Below are positions 1-9,184 of a stretch of 64,000 bases of DNA, piece by piece. Position 1 is the stretch's first letter; each line of letters begins with the position of its first letter. The notes under the pieces were generated by a model that saw only the letters and a program-made list of their open reading frames with translations, searched no databases and was not told the DNA's origin. The stretch spans positions 294,457-358,456 of the forward strand of contig CANKJK010000001.1 of NCBI GenBank assembly GCA_947482665.1, read 5' to 3'. The DNA comes from Acidobacteriota bacterium (lineage in GTDB: Bacteria > Acidobacteriota > Vicinamibacteria > Vicinamibacterales > UBA2999). The position numbers and the translations under genes were made by a program.

Positions 1-422
1 GCAACGAAGCTCAGTGGGTCGAGCCGGAGACCGGCCTGGTCCACGCGGATGCGTGCCGTGCGGTCGGTGCTCCCGATGAGGTCCGGAATGAGGTTGGCGC
101 GCGCCGGTGTCTTGAGCCAGACGCGCACCGCGCGGGGGCGGCGCGTGCTCTCGCCGGGGACCGGGTCCTGCGCGGCGATGCGGTCGGGCGCGACGGTGGG
201 ATGCTCACGACGGCTCGCGTCCACCCGGAGGGTCAGCCCTTCTGCTGCGAGGCGCCCGGTCGCGGCCGACACGGACTGGCCAATGAGGTCCGGGACGGCG
301 ACTTCACGCGAACGCAGGGCGACACGCAGTCCGAGCACGGCGCTGGCCGTGAAGGTGACGCCCAACGCGGCCAGAAGCACGAGGATGCGTCCGGCGCTCC
401 AGAGTCCTCTCGCGATGGGCAT
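1..422 (-). CDS. PASTA-domain membrane protein (runs off the window edge)
   Basis: Not in ORF track. Manual translation from ATG at 422 gives MPIARGLWSAGRILVLLAALGVTF... (TM helix), then two PASTA-like repeats (VAVPDLIGQS..., LIPDLIGST...). Sits downstream of fmt-rsmB. Confidence 0.8.
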   Translation of the reverse strand, partial: MPIARGLWSAGRILVLLAALGVTFTASAVLGLRVALRSREVAVPDLIGQSVSAATGRLAAEGLTLRVDASRREHPTVAPDRIAAQDPVPGESTRRPRAVRVWLKTPARANLIPDLIGSTDRTARIRVDQAGLRLDPLSFV

Positions 423-467
423 GTGCGGGCATCGTACCACGCGGGTTTCCTACTAGAATCAGCCCCC

Positions 468-1313
468 ATGCGCACACACATGACCCGGGCGGCGCTTGTC
501 GCCACGTTGCTCGTTACGGCCTCGTCGTTCAGCATCGCGCAGACCAAGCCTGCGCCGAAACCGTCTGGGAAGCCCGCCGCCGCAGCCACCGCGCCCTCGC
601 CGTTTGAGCCGCGTGTCGGCCAGTCGGGCAAGGACGTGGTGTGGGTACCGTCGCCGCAGGCACTCGTGGACCGCATGCTCGACATGGCGAAGCTGACGCC
701 GAAGGATTTCCTGATGGACCTTGGTTCCGGTGATGGCATCACCGTGATCACGGCGGCCAAGCGTGGCGCACGGGCCATGGGCATCGAGTACGAGCCGCAG
801 ATGGTCGAGCTCTCGAAGAAGAATGCCCAGGCAGCCGGCATGGCCGACCGGGCGACCTTCATGAAGGCGGATCTGTTCGAGACGGATCTCAGCAAGGCGG
901 ACGTGATCACCATGTTCCTGCTGCCCTCCATCAACATGCGCCTGCGCCCGACGATCCTCGAGCTCAAACCGGGCACCCGCGTGGTGGCCAACACGTTTGA
1001 CATGGAAGACTGGGAGGCGGACGAGCAGCAGAACGCTGGAGGGAACTGCACGAGCTGGTGCACGGCGCTCCTTTGGATCGTGCCGGCCAAGGTGCAGGGT
1101 GTGTGGCAGACGCCGCAGGGCGAGTTGACGCTGACGCAGCACTTCCAGTTCGCCAATGGGACGCTCGGCGGGGCGCAGATTACCGACGGACGTCTGCGCG
1201 GCGAGGATTTTGCCTTTAGCGCCGGCGGCGGGAAATTCCAGGTCAAGGTCAGCGGCACCACCATGACCGGCACCGGCCCGGCTGGCGCCTTCACGGCGAC
1301 GAAGAAGAACTAG
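468..1313 (+). CDS. Class I SAM-dependent methyltransferase with N-terminal signal peptide
   Basis: DVVWVPSP, motif I MDLGSGDG, GIEYE, ADLF, DVITMFLL. Hydrophobic signal ending SIA-Q followed by a Pro/Ala/Lys linker. Start at ATG 468 or 480. Confidence 0.85.
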   Translation: MRTHMTRAALVATLLVTASSFSIAQTKPAPKPSGKPAAAATAPSPFEPRVGQSGKDVVWVPSPQALVDRMLDMAKLTPKDFLMDLGSGDGITVITAAKRGARAMGIEYEPQMVELSKKNAQAAGMADRATFMKADLFETDLSKADVITMFLLPSINMRLRPTILELKPGTRVVANTFDMEDWEADEQQNAGGNCTSWCTALLWIVPAKVQGVWQTPQGELTLTQHFQFANGTLGGAQITDGRLRGEDFAFSAGGGKFQVKVSGTTMTGTGPAGAFTATKKN

Positions 1314-2662
1314 CGCCTGCGGAGCACGGCAGCGAAGAAGGCTTCGAGGCCGTGCTGATGCGGGGAGGTCCGTAGGACCCCATCGGCATCGATGAGATCG
1401 GGCGGGAGTGCCTCGGGGCGATCCGTCGTCAGATTGACGCGTGAGAAGTCCGGGTGGGCGGCGAGAAAGCTGGCAACCACCGCATCGTTTTCTTCCGGCT
1501 CACTGGAACAGGTTGCGTAGACGAGTCGCCCCCCGATGCGGACCGCCTCAGCGGCGCGCGTGAGGATGTCCAACTGGGTCACCGCGAACGTGGCCAGGTC
1601 CGCCTCGGTCCGTCGCCATTTGATATCCGGATCGCGCCGCACCGTGCCGAGCCCTGAGCACGGGGCGTCCACCAGCACCCAGTCGAAGACTGGCCCCACG
1701 GGCATGGCCTCCCGGCCGCCGACCTGCACTAGTCGAATGTTGTGTGCGCGAGAGGCGCGAACCGTATCGGAGAGGATGCGCATGCGCCGTGGGCGGATGT
1801 CGCAGGCCACGATGAGCCCTTCGTCGTGCATCCGGGCTGCAATGGCGGTGGTCTTTCCGCCGGGGGCGGCGCAGGCATCGAGAACGCGCTCCCCGGCACG
1901 CGCGTCTACGAGTGCGGCGACGAGTTGCGAAGCCTCGTCTTGCAGGATCGCCAGTCCGGCGGCGATGACCGGCTGGGGGTCGCCGGATTCCACCACGTAC
2001 GCACCGGCGGCCCAGCGCGCGGGCTGAAGGGCGACGTCGGCATCGGTCAGTGCCGCCAGTGTCGCGACGGCTGGCCCTGCAAGCGTGTTCAGGCGCAGCG
2101 TGGGCAGGGGCACAGCGGTATTGAAGCGAAGGCACTCTTCGGTGGCGGATGCCCCGAGGCGCGCGAGCCAGCGGGCGACGAGCCAGTCTGGATGGGCGTA
2201 GGTGATCCCGAGCCAGGAGACCAGTTCGGCCGGGGGCGCGTCGGGGGCTGGTCTGGCCGGGACCGGCAGCTGATTGCGCTGGCGGGAGAGCGTGCGCAGG
2301 ACGCCGTTGACGAACCCGGCGGCGGAGGTCTTTCGCACGGCGCGCGTGAGCGAGACGGCGTCGTCAACGATGGCGGAGGCCGGGACGCGGGTCAGGTGCA
2401 GGAGCTGATACGCCGAGAGCTCAAGCAGCGTGAGCACCTCGGGATCGAGGCGTGAGAGCTCGCGGCCAGCGACGACGCCCAGCAGGTAATCGAGGCGGCG
2501 CTTCCACCGTTCAGTGCCGGTCACAATCTCGCGCATGAGGGCGCGGTCGCGGGAATCGGAGAGCGCGCCGTCCTCGGCGGCGCAGGCCGAGGGCAGATCA
2601 CGCGTGCCGGTCGCGATGGCGCGCAGGGCGCGGTACGCGGCGCTCCGGGCTGGGGCGATCAT
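1310..2662 (-). CDS. rsmB: 16S rRNA m5C967 methyltransferase RsmB/Sun
   Basis: NusB-like N-terminus (FVNGVLR); QDEASQ, DACAAPGGKT, DAPCSGLG, YATCS motifs; follows fmt. Confidence 0.95.
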   Translation of the reverse strand: MIAPARSAAYRALRAIATGTRDLPSACAAEDGALSDSRDRALMREIVTGTERWKRRLDYLLGVVAGRELSRLDPEVLTLLELSAYQLLHLTRVPASAIVDDAVSLTRAVRKTSAAGFVNGVLRTLSRQRNQLPVPARPAPDAPPAELVSWLGITYAHPDWLVARWLARLGASATEECLRFNTAVPLPTLRLNTLAGPAVATLAALTDADVALQPARWAAGAYVVESGDPQPVIAAGLAILQDEASQLVAALVDARAGERVLDACAAPGGKTTAIAARMHDEGLIVACDIRPRRMRILSDTVRASRAHNIRLVQVGGREAMPVGPVFDWVLVDAPCSGLGTVRRDPDIKWRRTEADLATFAVTQLDILTRAAEAVRIGGRLVYATCSSEPEENDAVVASFLAAHPDFSRVNLTTDRPEALPPDLIDADGVLRTSPHQHGLEAFFAAVLRRR

Positions 2663-3603
2663 GCGCCCAGCGCCGTGCCAGCCGTGATCGGACGGCCCGC
2701 GAGGAAGGCGCGCGCGTCCATGGCCCGTTTGCCCTCGGGCTGGAGGCGGTCAATGCGAAGAGACGTGCCGGCGCCGGCTGCGACGAGAATGCCGTCCGCA
2801 TCGGCCTGGATGACGGCGCCGGGAGCGGCGTCGGTCTGCGGCCCCGTGCGCGCGTGGAGCAGGATGAGGCGCGCGCCGTCCAGAAACGTGTAGGCATGCG
2901 GCCACGGATAGAGACCGCGCACCCGGTTCCGGAGAGCGTCGGCGGGCAGGCTCCAGTCCACGCGGCCCTCTTCCTTCGTCAGGCGTTCCGCGTAGGTGGA
3001 GGCCGTGGCGTCCTGTTCGACTTCGGTGGCGCTTCCAGCGGCGAGCTGGTCGGCCACCTGCACCAGCAGGTCGGCACCGAGCTGTGAGAGGTCGCGCTCG
3101 ACCACGTCGCTGGTGTCCTCGGGCCCGATGGCCCGCGTGACCGTGGCGAACATGGCGCCGGCGTCGAGCGCCTGGACGACGCGCATGATCGTGACGCCTG
3201 TCTCCGCATCGCCGTTGATCACAGCCCGGTGCACCGGGGCCGCCCCACGATAGCGGGGGAGGAGCGACGCATGGACGTTGATCATGCCCAGCCGTGGCAA
3301 CGTGATGAGGCGGAGTGGAATGATGCGGCCGTAAGCCGCCACAACGCCCAGGTCGGGCGCCAGGTCGCGCAGCGCGGGTTCGATGGCCGGGTCCTTGAGC
3401 GTCGCCGGCTGGAACACCGGGATGCCGCGCGCAAGCGCCGCGGCCTTCACGGGAGTCGGTGCGGTCTGGTGCCCGCGGCCCGATGGACGGTCTGGCTGCG
3501 TGACCACGCCAACGACCGTGTGGGAGGAACCGGCGAGGCGCTCCAGCGTCGGCACGGCGAACTGCGGGGTGCCGAAGAAGACGACGCGGAGCGGCGTCAC
3601 CAC
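2659..3603 (-). CDS. fmt: Methionyl-tRNA formyltransferase
   Basis: FFGTPQFA, VVTQPDRP, NVHASLLPRYRGAAP. Confidence 0.97.
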   Translation of the reverse strand: MVTPLRVVFFGTPQFAVPTLERLAGSSHTVVGVVTQPDRPSGRGHQTAPTPVKAAALARGIPVFQPATLKDPAIEPALRDLAPDLGVVAAYGRIIPLRLITLPRLGMINVHASLLPRYRGAAPVHRAVINGDAETGVTIMRVVQALDAGAMFATVTRAIGPEDTSDVVERDLSQLGADLLVQVADQLAAGSATEVEQDATASTYAERLTKEEGRVDWSLPADALRNRVRGLYPWPHAYTFLDGARLILLHARTGPQTDAAPGAVIQADADGILVAAGAGTSLRIDRLQPEGKRAMDARAFLAGRPITAGTALGA

Positions 3604-4106
3604 TGGCCGGCTTTCGTGAGCTTCCGGATCTTGCGCGTGATCAGATCCTTCTGCAGACCCCGCAGCCGGTCCACGAAGACCTGTCCGTCCAGGTGGTCCA
3701 TCTCGTGCTGGAACGCGCGGGCGAGCAGACCCGTGCCTTCGACCTCGCGGCTTGTGCCGTCACGGTCGAGGCCGCGCACGATGGCACGGGCCGGTCGTGC
3801 GACGGTGGCATTGAAGCCGGGGACGCTGAGGCAGCCTTCTTCCTCGAGCTGCATCCCGTCGCGCTCGACCCACGCGGGGTTGATGAACACCATCAGGTCC
3901 GTGGTCGTGCGGCCCACCGACAGATCCACCACGAAGATGCGGAGCGGCACCCCGATCTGCGTGGCGGCCAGACCGATGCCCGGCGCGGCGTACATCGTCG
4001 CGATCATGTCGTCGACGAGGGAGAGCACTTCCGGCGTGATGGCGTCGACCGGGCCGGCGGGTGTGTGCAGGACTCCGGCGCCGTAGCGGAGGATCGGACG
4101 GATCAC
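3597..4106 (-). CDS. def: Peptide deformylase
   Basis: GIGLAATQIG, EGCLSVP, QHEMDHLDG. GTG start at 4106. Confidence 0.97.
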   Translation of the reverse strand: MIRPILRYGAGVLHTPAGPVDAITPEVLSLVDDMIATMYAAPGIGLAATQIGVPLRIFVVDLSVGRTTTDLMVFINPAWVERDGMQLEEEGCLSVPGFNATVARPARAIVRGLDRDGTSREVEGTGLLARAFQHEMDHLDGQVFVDRLRGLQKDLITRKIRKLTKAGQW

Positions 4107-4107
4107 G

Positions 4108-5319
4108 TCAGGCGGACGGCGCGGTGCGGTGGAACCGCCCGGCCACCGCGGTCGACGTGGCCGCGAGGTTGCGCGCGATCTCCTCGACCGAATCGGCGCC
4201 GAACTTCTCCAGGAGCGCGTCGGCGATGACCAGCGCCACCATCGCTTCGGCCACCACCGCGGCGGCCGGCACCGCACAGACGTCGCTGCGTTCGATGGCC
4301 GCGGGCTCCTCGGTGAGGGTGTTGAGGTCGACGGAACGGAGCGGCGTCATCAGCGTCGAAATCGGCTTCATGTAGCCGGTGATGCGCAGATCCTCGCCAT
4401 TGGTCACGCCGCCTTCGAGTCCGCCGGCGCGGTTGGTCGGCCGCCGCACCGGAAGGACGCCCTCGGCGGTGGCCTTGAGGATTTCGTCGTGCACGCCTGA
4501 ACCGGGTCGCACGGCGACCTCGGGACCGATTCCCAGGCCGACGGCCTTGATGGCGTGGATGCTCATGACGGCCTGTGCGAGCTTGCCGTCCAGCTTGCGA
4601 TCCCACTGGACGTAGGACCCGAGACCCACGGGGACGCCGGTCACGATCACTTCGAAGGCGCCGCCCAGCGTGTCGCCGGCCTTGCCCGCGACGTCGATGG
4701 CCGTCTTCATGCGCGTCTCCGCGGCCGCGTCCACGCAGTGCAGGGGGCCGTCATCGGGGAGCGCGTCGGCCTCGGCGAAGGAGACGAGACGGTCCGGCGC
4801 AATCGAGACGTCGCCGATGGTGGTGACGTGGCTCGCGATGCGTATGCCAAACCGCTCCAGGAGCTGCCGCGCGACGCTGCCGATCGCGACACGCATCGTG
4901 GTCTCGCGCGCACTGGCGCGTTCGAGCACGTCGCGGATGTCCTCGTGGCCGTATTTCACGGCGCCGGCAAGATCCGCGTGGCCGGGGCGTGGCCGGGTCA
5001 CGGCGGGTTTCACGACGCCGGTCGCACCGTCGGGCATGGAAGGCTCGACGAACATCGTCTGCTGCCAGTTCACCCAGTCCTTGTTGCGGACGATGAGCGC
5101 AATCGGGGCACCCGTGGTGACACCGTGCCGCACGCCGGAGATCCACTCGGCGCGGTCAGTTTCGATCGCCATGCGCCGGCCGCGGCCATAGCCGCCCTGA
5201 CGGCGCGTGAGCTGGCGGGTGATGGCGTCGGGCGAGAGTGCGAGCCCCGCCGGGCATCCGTCGAGGGTTGCGACCAGGGCCTGGCCGTGCGACTCGCCGG
5301 CCGTGAGAAATCGCAGCAT
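4108..5319 (-). CDS. aroC: Chorismate synthase
   Basis: MLRFLTAGESHG, RPGHAD, ERASARET, GGLEGG, MKPISTL, RSDVCAVP. Confidence 0.97.
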   Translation of the reverse strand: MLRFLTAGESHGQALVATLDGCPAGLALSPDAITRQLTRRQGGYGRGRRMAIETDRAEWISGVRHGVTTGAPIALIVRNKDWVNWQQTMFVEPSMPDGATGVVKPAVTRPRPGHADLAGAVKYGHEDIRDVLERASARETTMRVAIGSVARQLLERFGIRIASHVTTIGDVSIAPDRLVSFAEADALPDDGPLHCVDAAAETRMKTAIDVAGKAGDTLGGAFEVIVTGVPVGLGSYVQWDRKLDGKLAQAVMSIHAIKAVGLGIGPEVAVRPGSGVHDEILKATAEGVLPVRRPTNRAGGLEGGVTNGEDLRITGYMKPISTLMTPLRSVDLNTLTEEPAAIERSDVCAVPAAAVVAEAMVALVIADALLEKFGADSVEEIARNLAATSTAVAGRFHRTAPSA

Positions 5320-5445
5320 TGGTGTTCGATTGTATATGAAGAATCGCGAGCCCTCGGTGCAGCGCACCTGTTGAATCAACGAGTTGCAGCCGGTCGCCCG
5401 GCTTGCAGTGAAGCAGGTCAGGCGCAGCGGAGCACTGGAGGTCCA

Positions 5446-7371
5446 ATGGGGGAGCGGCGAGGGGCGCGGCGCGAGCAGCCCTGGGAACTGGAGCGGGATG
5501 GCGAGGGCGTGCGTGTGAGCGGCCGTTGGCGACGGCTGATCGACGAGGCCTGGGCGTCGGCACGGCGCGGCCGCCATGCGCAAGGGCTCCGCATGGCGCG
5601 CGCGGCCGCGGGCGCATTGGAGCGGCGAGGCGATGGGCCGGCGGCCGCGCGTGCGTGGGTGATGCTGGCGCGGCTACAACTCGAGCGCGGGGAGACGGCC
5701 ACCGCTATTCAGGCCTGCGACAGCGCGGAGGCGGTACTCGAGCATGTGCGCGAGCCGGGCCTCATCACCTGCGCCCGGTTGTGGCGGGCCTGGGCGGCGG
5801 CAGACGCCGGCGACTATGCGCGAGCCCACGGTGTGGCCGGCGCGGCGAGTCTCAATGCGGGACGCGACCCGGAGGGCCCGAGCGCCGCGGCCGCGTGGGC
5901 GGTGTCCACTGCGTGCGGCCTGAGGAGCGGCGTGACCGCAGGAACGCCGGCGCCGGGCGACGAGGCGTGGACGTGCCCGGAGGGGAGCCCCTTCGCGCCG
6001 TTGCTGGTGGCGGCGTGGGCCGTGCGGGTCGAGTGGAGCCTCGCGCACGGCGAGGTGTTCCGTGCGGGCAGCGCACTGGCGGCGTTGCGCCGTGTCGCGA
6101 CGGTTGATCCCACCGTCGCGGTCGAGGTCGCTCTTGCGCAGTTGCGCCTGGCGGCCGCGACGGGGGACGCCCCGTTGGTGGCGTCTGCCGCAGCGGAGTC
6201 ACTGCGCCGTGCCGACAGCGCGCATCTGCCCTGGGCCCGGTTGCGTGCGTTGGCCGCCTGGAGGGACGCGACCGCTCGGTTGGTCGCGCCCGAGGCAGGC
6301 ATCCTGCGAGTCCGGGTGCGTCGTGTGGCGGCACGGTCGCCAGTCGGGTGGCGTGACGCGGTGCGCGGGGAGGATACGGACGGGGATGGACGCACGGGAG
6401 GCCGGCTGCCCAGCATCAGGCGGCCGGAGCCTGCTCCCCACGCAACGGTGCCCGGACTGGTGGGTGAGAGCCTCGTGATGAGGGCGCTCCGGGCGGAGAT
6501 CATCCGTGCGGCGCGGACGCCCTTTCCGGTGCTGATCGAGGGGGAGAGCGGCAGCGGCAAGGAGTTGGTGGCCCGCGGGCTACACACGCTCAGTCCCCGG
6601 GCGGATAAGCCCTTCCGGGATGTGAACTGCGCCGCGCTGGCTGACGAACTGGTCGACGCGGAACTGTTCGGCCATGCGCGTGGGGCATTCACGGGTGCCG
6701 TGGCCAGCCGGGCCGGGTTGATTGAGGAAGCCTCGGGCGGCACGCTCTTTCTCGACGAAGTCGCCGACCTCTCGCCGCGCGCGCAGGCACGGCTCCTGCG
6801 AACGCTTCAGGAACAGGAGGTCCGCCGTGTCGGCGAGGTCCAGGGAAGGGCGGTGGACCTTCGCGTGGTCTCGGCCTGCAACCGACTTCTCGATGATGAA
6901 GTCGCCGTCGGTCGCTTTCGCCCGGACCTGGTCTATCGGCTGGCCGCCATACGCATCCGGGTGCCCCCGCTGCGCGATCGGCCCGGCGATATCCCCCTGC
7001 TGGTCTCGACATACTGGCCCGCTCTGGCAGCGCAGGTCGGCACCCGCGCCGCCATCTCGCCGTCGGTCCTGGCTGCGCTGGCGAGTTACCACTGGCCGGG
7101 GAATGTCCGCGAGCTTCAGCACGCGCTGGTCCGGCTCGCCATCCGTGCGCCGGCGACTGGCTCCATTGGCCTCGCGCTGCTGCCTGAGGGCTGGGTGCCA
7201 AGCCCCCAGCCGGACGTGGAGCCCCTGACCGAGGCGCGTGGACGCTTCGAGCGGGAGTACGTGCAGACGGCGTTGGCCCGTCATGGCGACTCGCGGGCGG
7301 CAACGGCACGGGCGCTGGGCCTCTCCCGGCAGGGTCTGCGCAAGGTGCTGGCGCGAACGGGCGCGCGGTGA
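5446..7371 (+). CDS. Sigma54-dependent enhancer-binding protein with Ala-rich TPR-like N-terminus and Fis-type HTH
   Basis: GGAGG RBS before ATG 5446; Walker A GESGSGKE, GAFTGA, FLDEV, WPGNVREL, ARALGLSRQGL. Confidence 0.88.
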   Translation: MGERRGARREQPWELERDGEGVRVSGRWRRLIDEAWASARRGRHAQGLRMARAAAGALERRGDGPAAARAWVMLARLQLERGETATAIQACDSAEAVLEHVREPGLITCARLWRAWAAADAGDYARAHGVAGAASLNAGRDPEGPSAAAAWAVSTACGLRSGVTAGTPAPGDEAWTCPEGSPFAPLLVAAWAVRVEWSLAHGEVFRAGSALAALRRVATVDPTVAVEVALAQLRLAAATGDAPLVASAAAESLRRADSAHLPWARLRALAAWRDATARLVAPEAGILRVRVRRVAARSPVGWRDAVRGEDTDGDGRTGGRLPSIRRPEPAPHATVPGLVGESLVMRALRAEIIRAARTPFPVLIEGESGSGKELVARGLHTLSPRADKPFRDVNCAALADELVDAELFGHARGAFTGAVASRAGLIEEASGGTLFLDEVADLSPRAQARLLRTLQEQEVRRVGEVQGRAVDLRVVSACNRLLDDEVAVGRFRPDLVYRLAAIRIRVPPLRDRPGDIPLLVSTYWPALAAQVGTRAAISPSVLAALASYHWPGNVRELQHALVRLAIRAPATGSIGLALLPEGWVPSPQPDVEPLTEARGRFEREYVQTALARHGDSRAATARALGLSRQGLRKVLARTGAR

Positions 7372-7453
7372 GTGCCCACCGGGCGCGGGTGGGGGATGCA
7401 CTCTCGCCGTTGTCGACGGCTGGTGACGCCGGAGTCGATAGAATGACGGCGTC

Positions 7454-8371
7454 ATGCGCTATCTCGCGCGACGGCTTCTGCTCACGATTCCGGTGCTCAT
7501 CGGGGTGCTGACGCTCGTCTTCGCCCTGATTCACTTCATCCCCGGAGACCCGGTGCAGGCGATGTTGGGGGAGACGGCCGCACCGAAGGACGTGGAGGAA
7601 CTGCGGCACCGGCTCGGGCTTGATGCGCCGCTCACCACGCAGTACGTCCGGTTCATGCGCGGCGTGGCGCACGGTGACCTCGGCCGATCGCTTCGCACGG
7701 GGCAGTCGGTCGTCAGCTCGATTGCCGAGCGTCTGCCGGCGACGGCGGAACTGGCGCTCGCCGCGGTCGCGCTCGCGGTGGTCATCGCGATTCCCCTCGG
7801 GGTTGTGGCGGCGGTGCGGCGCGGCTCGTGGATCGACCACGCCGCGATGGTGGCGGCGCTTGCCGGTGTTTCCGTCCCCGGGTTCTGGCTGGGACCGCTC
7901 CTGGCGTTCTTCTTTTCGGTGGAGCTGGGCTGGTTGCCGGTGTCAGGGCGGGGCAGCTGGGCGCATCTGGTCCTGCCGGCGCTGTCGCTCGGGGCGGCGC
8001 TGGCGGCCGTGCTGGCGCGCATGACGAGGGCCACGCTGCTCGAGGAGCTGTCGCAGCCCTACGTGCAGGCGGTGCGCGCCAAGGGTGCGTCGCCGGCCCG
8101 CGTCGTCGTTCGCCATGCGCTGCGCAATAGCCTGATTCCCGTGGTGACGCTCCTCGGGTTGCAGTTCGGCGCGGTTCTCACCGGCACCGTCGTCACAGAG
8201 ACGGTGTTCGCGTGGCCCGGGATCGGGCGGCTTCTGATTCAGTCCATCGGCTTCCGTGACTATCCGATGGTGCAGGGGTGCATCCTGTTCATCGCCGTGA
8301 CGTATGTGACTGTGAACCTGGTGACCGACCTCGTCTACGGCACACTCGACCCACGGATCCGCTATGAGTAA
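7454..8371 (+). CDS. Peptide/nickel ABC transporter permease (DppB/OppB type)
   Basis: PGDP N-terminus, GDLGRS, EAA-type loop VRAKGAS, RHALRNSLIP, ETVFAWPGIG. Confidence 0.93.
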   Translation: MRYLARRLLLTIPVLIGVLTLVFALIHFIPGDPVQAMLGETAAPKDVEELRHRLGLDAPLTTQYVRFMRGVAHGDLGRSLRTGQSVVSSIAERLPATAELALAAVALAVVIAIPLGVVAAVRRGSWIDHAAMVAALAGVSVPGFWLGPLLAFFFSVELGWLPVSGRGSWAHLVLPALSLGAALAAVLARMTRATLLEELSQPYVQAVRAKGASPARVVVRHALRNSLIPVVTLLGLQFGAVLTGTVVTETVFAWPGIGRLLIQSIGFRDYPMVQGCILFIAVTYVTVNLVTDLVYGTLDPRIRYE

Positions 8372-8377
8372 CCAGCG

Positions 8378-9181
8378 ATGACGCGACTCGGGGTCTGGCT
8401 CGTGGGTGTCGTGCTGGTCGCGGGGCTCCTTGGCCCGATGGTGCTCCCGCTGGATCCGGTCGCTCAGGAGCTGCCGCTCAGGCTGGCGGGGCCGTCGTGG
8501 AGTCATCCCTTCGGCCTTGACGAGCTCGGGCGCGACATCCTCGCCAGGCTGCTTGCGGGTGCCCGCGTGTCGCTGCTGGTGGGCATGGTCGTGGTGTCGG
8601 TGTCGGTGACGGTTGGGGTCACCCTCGGCGCGATTGCCGGGTATGCGGGCGGTATCGTGGATGATGCGATCAGCCGGGTGATCGACGTGCTGCTCGCTTT
8701 TCCTGGACTGCTGCTCGCGATCGCCCTCGTGGCCGTGCTCGGTCCGAGCCTCGCGCATGTGGTGCTGGCGCTCTCGCTGATTGGCTGGGTGGGCTACGCG
8801 CGGCTGGTGCGCGGGCATGTCCTCCGGGCGCGGGAGTGGGACTACGTGCAGGCCGCACGCGCGCTGGGGGCATCGACACCGCGGATTCTGCTCCGGCACA
8901 TCCTGCCGAGTGCGCTGCCGGCTGTCAGCGTGCAGGCGACGCTCGGGATGGGCGCGGCGATTCTTTCAGAGGCGTCGCTCAGTTTTCTCGGACTCGGGGT
9001 GCAGCCGCCCTCGCCGTCCTGGGGCACGATGCTGAACAACGGCCGCGTGCACCTGCTCGACGCGCCGCACCTGACGCTTTTTCCGGGGGTGGCGATTGCG
9101 CTGCTGGTGCTTGGCTTCAACTTCCTGGGAGACGGCCTGCGCGACCGGCTCGACCCGCACACAACGCCGCAGGCGAATTAA
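8378..9181 (+). CDS. Peptide/nickel ABC transporter permease (DppC/OppC type)
   Basis: HPFGLDELGRD, YVQAARALGAS, RHILP, LSFLGLG, NFLGDGLRD. Confidence 0.93.
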   Translation: MTRLGVWLVGVVLVAGLLGPMVLPLDPVAQELPLRLAGPSWSHPFGLDELGRDILARLLAGARVSLLVGMVVVSVSVTVGVTLGAIAGYAGGIVDDAISRVIDVLLAFPGLLLAIALVAVLGPSLAHVVLALSLIGWVGYARLVRGHVLRAREWDYVQAARALGASTPRILLRHILPSALPAVSVQATLGMGAAILSEASLSFLGLGVQPPSPSWGTMLNNGRVHLLDAPHLTLFPGVAIALLVLGFNFLGDGLRDRLDPHTTPQAN

Positions 9182-9184
9182 CGG

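Noticed and set aside
5391-5407. Possible sigma54 promoter CGGTCGCCCGGCTTGCA
   Set aside because: GG-to-GC spacing is 11 rather than the required 10; better explained as a short inverted repeat.
4555-5445. Apparent 938-aa sigma54 activator with a long N-terminal extension
   Set aside because: The extension is largely the antisense of aroC; a good RBS and ATG lie at 5446.
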